Assembly: GCA_900088475.1 (NCBI GenBank)
Contig: FLMG01003517.1
Coordinates: 1-42,824, forward strand
Direction of reading: 5' to 3'
DNA length: 42,824 bases
Source of the DNA: Hyphochytrium catenoides
Lineage: Eukaryota > Protista > Hyphochytriomycota
The notes under the pieces were generated by a model. The model was not told the origin of the DNA. It ran no database searches and saw only the letters and a program-made list of their open reading frames with translations. Below, one piece after another: positions 38,139 through 42,824 of the stretch (its first letter is position 1; every line of letters begins with the position of its first letter). The position numbers were made by a program, and so were the translations under genes.

Positions 38139-38958
38139 ACCTCTCTCTCTCTCTCGCTCGCCCTTTCTCTCTCTCTCTGTCTCTTCTTTACTTAATACCT
38201 TGCCAGAAGGAAAGAGAGTGCAGATCGCTTGTGGTTCCACCAGCTTCATCACCACACAGTTTTTCTGCAGATCAAGGGTGAGATGTCGCTTGGGCCAGAC
38301 TGGGAAATGGAGAGAAAGAGAGTGGAAGAAGAAGGATGAAGGAAACTGCGTCTGTTGAGCAGTAGACGCAACGCGGACAAAAGGGCCAGACCGAGGCACA
38401 AGAGATGTGGATGGAAATCCAACCAATGATCGAAAGGAGGAGGGCGACACAGAAAGAAGGGAAACAAGAGACAAGCACCACAGAGAGAAAAGGGCAAAGA
38501 ATAAACGAGAGAGAGAGAGAGAGAGAGAGAGAAATAAAGAAGAAAGAGAGAAAGAGAAGCGGGACAAAGATAGGAGAGAGCTCATCTCGTCGTAGGCACC
38601 TTGGGCATCAGCTTCGCCAGCTTCTTCGACTTTTGAACAATTTGTTCCAGATCCACACGCAAACCGAGGTTGGCAGAACAGACAACATTGCTGTTGACCG
38701 AAGCCAAAAACATTGATCAGAAGGCGTGAAAAGAGCAAAATGCCGTGGACGGGCTCTCAGAAGAGCCAAGCGACGTATAATAGAGGGAATTTTAAGGATG
38801 GAGACAGACAGAAGATGTGTAGTTTGAGCCTCGACTTACTGCGGCTCTAGTCTCAATCCAAGAGCATTGAACTTAGATTGCCACTCTCTTAGGCCCGTAG
38901 AATGAGCCGGGAGGACGGGATGGAGCGAAGGACTAGCATGAGTAGACACTTCTGCCAT
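34765..38958 (-). CDS. Divergent TATA-binding-protein-related factor with ~230-aa proline-rich then acidic C-terminal extension, ~447 aa
   Basis: Exons 38958-38840, 38690-38600, 38264-38199, 37813-37742, 37461-37336, 36850-36743, 36404-36363, 36126-35990, 35347-34765 (1344 nt, in frame). Repeat 1: HNVVCSANLGLRVDL...VVMKLVEPQAICTLFPSGKVGITGVK. Repeat 2: HNIVATCDLGFPVNL...YEPELYPAVI...MLVFPSGNLIVTGTK. Confidence 0.9.
35535..35623 (+). repeat. 12-bp minisatellite (GAGAAAGACAGA) x ~7 in the last intron of the TBP-like gene
   Basis: Directly visible; it produces the DREK/SLCL repeats in the ORF track. Confidence 0.9.
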
Positions 38959-38959
38959 C

Positions 38960-39660
38960 TTGAAGATATCTTATTGCGCTGTCAGGACCCAGCAGCGGCG
39001 ACTATCGGCATCTCATGGCAGGCGACCAAACTGGACACAGCTTTGTCCGCATACCACCGTGAAACCAGTCAACGCAATCACTGAAGCTCCTCTTTCAAAC
39101 TGCCAAGAAGCTACCATGGGCCGGGTTTCCTCTGCTGTCTCTCTATTATAGACCGACAAACGCAATGACGGAGCTCAATCTGGAAAGCTTCAGAATCAAA
39201 ACGCTTTTTATACCCCTCAAATTACAATACCCAAAGCTTCCCCAAATTGTCTCTAAAGCATGAAAAGCCCTCGGTTCATTTGCCGCTAACGGCTTATTTT
39301 AGTCCCCAAAGCTCCTAGTTTGGTCGTATTTCATGGCCGCAAAACAAGCCCGAAAAACGAAGTTTGAGATCAGAAAAGAAAATCTTCAGAAAGCCAAAGA
39401 AGCAATAAATCTGCAGAATTCTCTTTCTTGAAAAGCGATTCGCCTGCTCCAGATCCTTTATCTTATCCAGAGAGAGGTCCCACTTAAGCGTGCTATAGAG
39501 TTTCTTTCCTCGCGCTGAATCTTTTCCCTTCTCTCTCTTTCTTTGTTCCATTTGCCGGAAGGTAGGAACTAGCAGCTGTCATGTCTCGGAGAAGAAACTC
39601 TCTGATTTCTCCGAAGCCACTGAGAAGGCTCTAAACAATCGCTCCTGCATCAGACACGCT
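38960..39660. promoter_or_regulatory. Microsatellite-poor island, candidate bidirectional promoter of the TBP-like and FHA genes; TATAAAAA on minus strand at 39212-39205
   Basis: Lies between the divergent ATGs at 38958 and 39905; GGGGTATAAAAAGCG is read on the minus strand. Confidence 0.5.
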
Positions 39661-39904
39661 ATCCTCTCTCTCTCTCTCACACACTCTCTCTCTTTCTTTC
39701 TCTCTCTCTCCCCCTCTCTTTCTCTTCCTCCTCTCTCTNNNNNNNNNNNNNNNNNNNNNNNNNNNNNNNNNNNNNNNNNNNNNNNCTCTCTCTCTCTTTT
39801 TCTCCTCTTTCACTATAAACTGATTGTTTGTCCCACTCTGTGCAGCACTCAGCGCTTCACTTTTTATCGTTGCTCTCGGTTCTCCTTATTAATCTATCTT
39901 CATA

Positions 39905-42170
39905 ATGGCCGAGGATATCCTGGCCTATGCAAAGCTTCAAGGCCGATCGACAGAGAACGACAAGCCTATCTCTTACTATGTGACAAAGCTCCCGTGCATC
40001 TTGGGGAGGACGCACGCCGCCAAGCCGGACAAGAAAGGGCAAAGGATCGGGCTCGGAGATTCGAAGCTTCTGTCGCGGTAAAGACAGCAAGGCAGCTTCT
40101 CCAGCGTCTTTCTTCTGCCATGTGCCTTAGACATGTGAAGCTGCCTTCACTGTTGTCGTCTCTCTCCTTGCACATCCATTCTCTCATCAGTGAGGTTTTG
40201 AGAGCTTCTGTCACTGGTCCGGCGCCGTTCTCTCTCTAGGTTTCTCTCTCTCTCTCTAACATTTGTCTCTCCTCTCTCTCTCTCTCTCCCAACCCTCACA
40301 GAAAGACATGCTTTCCTACAGTCTGCCTACTCCCTCTTCCCTCTCGACCTCCTTTAGGTTCTCTCTCTCTCTCTCTTTTTCTTTCTTTTTCATTCCTCTC
40401 TCGCAACGTTATGTCCTCCAGAAATCGCTGATGGTGTTTAATCTCATGATCCTCTCTCTTTCTATAGACAGCATGCGCAGATCGACTGGAACAAAGAAAA
40501 GAGCTGCTTCGAGCTCACATGCCTAGGGAAGAATGGACTCCTCTTGAGAGGCAGGCTTCTTCTTATATCTCCGCCCTTTTTTTTCTCTCTCTCTTTCCCT
40601 CTTTTCTGTCTCTCTCTCTGTCTCTTCATCTCCCGTCCCTTCCTCTTTCCACCATTTCTGCTCTCTCTCTCTCTGTGTCTCTCTCCCTCCTTCATACGCC
40701 ACTTTCTTCCCTCTCTCTCTCTCTGCATCCCCCGTCCAACCATCCATCCTCTCTCCTGTTCCTATCAATGTGCTCCCAGTCCAGCCACCGCTTTTCAATG
40801 TTCACTACAACCTTTGCCTCTAGCTTCTTCCTCTTGCCTTTCTGCTTTATTGGTTGCATCTCTCTCTCTTCCCGATACTCATTCTCTCTCTCTTTTTCTC
40901 TCTCTTGACCCTCCTCTCCGCAGGAGAGCTGCTGAACCTGGAAGATAGGTCTCCTCTCAGAACTCAGGACGCGGTGAAGATTGGACCAGCGATGTTCTAC
41001 TTTCTCCAAGCGAAGAGCTCCCAAGGAGGGAAGAGGCAAACTATCTCCTATGGAGAGCTGCTGCAGATGGTAAGCGAGACTGACCAGGACCGAGCGGGTC
41101 TTAAAGAGAGAGGAGAGAGAGACTAGCACGAGAGAAGAGAGAGAGACTTTGATAGAAAGAGGAAGTCAAGAAGAAACGAAGTTGAGGCATAGGGAAGAGA
41201 AAAACAAGAGAGATGCTAATGGCTGTGCTCATGTCTCTCCCACTTTTCTAGGCGTTTGATAAGCAGGAAATGATAGGAAAGGGAGACGGACTGCTGACGG
41301 CTAACGAGATAATTGACTGGGCTCAGCAGAAGTATGTTAAAAGCTTCCTTGGCAGTTCTCTCTCTCTCTCTCTCTCATTTTCTTTCTCTGTGCCTTATAT
41401 CTCTTCTATCTCCCGCTCTCTCTCTCTTCCTGGGTTTATCATCTTCATAGCCTTCCTCCAACTTTTTCATTTTTGCTTGACATCTCTTACTCTAATCTCT
41501 CCTCTCTCTCTTTGCTCGCTTACTCTTCTTCTCCTTGTCCTCCAAGACCGCCATTCAGACACCGCTCTTCTCACCACAATCAGAAGGGGTTTTCCTCTTT
41601 ACGGAACCCTTTTTCTCTCTCTCTCTTGTCCTCTCTCTCTCTTTCTGGCTGTCTTTTTCTTTGTTGGTGACATTTCCTTTTCTTTCTGCACTGCTAGTGT
41701 ACCAGAGTACGCTCCTGAAACAATCAAAAAGAGCACAGCGATTCTTGTTGCCGGCATCAGGTAACATTCTTCTCTCTCTCTTCCTTCTGCTCCTCTGCGA
41801 TAAAGTATGGCCTGCATGATCGATGACCAATTGCTCTGCTCTCTGCTCTTGAAATGCAGGTTCCTTCGCTCGCTCCTCTTCCTCTTCTCTCTTTCTCTCT
41901 CTCCTGGCATTGTCTCTTCCTTCCCTCACTCTCTATTGTTGCCATAGGAAAGAGCTGGGTCGCTTGGCTCGATATGAGAGAGTTGCAGATCCAAATGGTG
42001 GACCACCCCGGTTCCGGGTGGTCCCAGGCGTAGAGGCGACCGCGACAAAGAAAAGTTTAGGTCGAGAGGAAGATGTAGAAGAAGTGATAGTAGACGATGA
42101 TGATGACGAAGAGGAAGAAGCGGAAGAAGAAGAGCGGCAACCGTCAGCAAAGAAACAGAAGAAGACATAG
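39905..42170 (+). CDS. FHA-domain protein of the FOXK/Fkh/Fhl1-like type followed by a degenerate forkhead-like winged helix, ~255 aa
   Basis: Exons 39905-40077, 40468-40550, 40924-41069, 41252-41331, 41698-41760, 41948-42170 (768 nt; intron 2 needs a GC donor). AYAKLQG...ILGR...LSRQHAQIDWN...FELTCLGKNG...VKIG is the FHA signature. Then ISYGELLQMAF...LTANEIIDWAQQNVPEY...GIRKEL, an acidic tract and NLS-like PSAKKQKK. Confidence 0.85.
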
Positions 42171-42274
42171 ATGTCTCAAATAATGAGGCCAACACGCGTT
42201 ATCCCGATGCCATCGCCCTATTGAAGAGAATGATAGCGCTTTTCTCTAGGATGCAGACGGACAATCAGCGAATT

Positions 42275-42368
42275 AAGTCATAGTGATGGACATACAATTT
42301 CGGTTTGCTACTTCCCGTCTAAAAAGACTCCTTGGACTCAGTTCAAGTCATAGTGATGGACATACAAT
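42275..42368 (+). repeat. Perfect 24-bp direct repeat AAGTCATAGTGATGGACATACAAT x2 with 46-bp spacer
   Basis: Copies at 42275-42298 and 42345-42368. Confidence 0.95.
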
Positions 42369-42824
42369 GAGATGTGGCATGATGGCTACCTCACACACGT
42401 GAAGAAGCGCGCACATTTGGACATGGCATTATCTTGCTTATTCGTCCACCGTCAAGTCTCTGGATTGCGGATTTATGGACTATGGAGACGAAGGATGAAG
42501 AGGTGGAGATGCAGCAATGATGCGGCGAAGCTTCAGAATTCAGAAAATCTACAAAAGCTCACCTCTTTTCAAAGCTCCGTGATCTTTGAATCAACGCATT
42601 AGATTATCAAATTCTCTCCATTTGCCCTGATTTTAGTCACTTCTCTCTGTTCAGTGTTCAGGTTCATCGTCTGATTCATCATAAATAACAGGATTTGAGT
42701 TATCGAGTTATTCTGCCAAATTGACTTACGCTTGACTTATGGTCAGATTCTGTCTTATCCCTCCAAGGACGAAAGTTGCGAGGAGCGAAGGTTTGCACGC
42801 AATCTTGCGCGAATGTTGATTTAC

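Noticed and set aside
11018-39785. N-runs (11018-11079, 20858-20875, 23625-23723, 26425-26460, 28932-29004, 29327-29363, 35777-35810, 36159-36186, 39739-39785) as biological features
   Set aside because: Assembly gaps in or beside microsatellite tracts; they matter only because they could hide small exons.
397-41945. Hundreds of SLSLSL / ERERER ORFs in the six-frame track
   Set aside because: (CT)n/(GA)n tracts contain no stop codons in any frame; these ORFs are intronic, antisense or read-through extensions of real exons.
42275-42368. CRISPR mini-array
   Set aside because: Only two repeats, no cas genes, repeat not palindromic, and a spliceosomal eukaryotic context. Kept only as a direct repeat.
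42372-42602. 76-aa ORF in repeat-free sequence
   Set aside because: No recognisable motif or splice context; more likely UTR or promoter DNA.
1-42824. Non-standard genetic code
   Set aside because: All eight models translate without internal stops, and TGA, TAG and TAA are each used as terminators.
1-42824. tRNA, rRNA, transposase or reverse-transcriptase genes
   Set aside because: No cloverleaf, rRNA-like or TE-protein motifs recognised by eye; a covariance-model scan would be needed to exclude small RNAs.

Overview
Eukaryotic, intron-rich genomic DNA, probably a protist. It is saturated with (CT)n/(GA)n microsatellite and has 9 N-gaps. Nearly all long ORFs in the supplied track are SL/ER repeat artefacts; the real genes appear only after hand-splicing. 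I reconstructed eight phase-consistent spliced genes: (1) the 3' part of a TPR protein (+); (2) a MINDY-1/2 (FAM63) deubiquitinase with a CaaX tail (-); (3) a PTEN-family phosphatase (+); (4) a DASH/Dam1-complex Ask1-like kinetochore protein (-); (5) a large [TS]F[KR]P[KE]I-repeat protein (+); (6) a membrane-anchored alpha/beta hydrolase of bacterial appearance (+); (7) a divergent TBP-related factor with a long acidic tail (-); (8) an FHA plus degenerate forkhead protein (+). Six genes form three head-to-head pairs around microsatellite-free islands. The most striking pattern is intron architecture. Splice sites are weak (GC donors, AAG acceptors), and many introns carry (GA)n near the 5' end and (CT)n near the 3' end, which could pair to bridge the splice sites. 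All family calls come from motif recognition and memory, not database searches. Gene models need RNA-seq confirmation.
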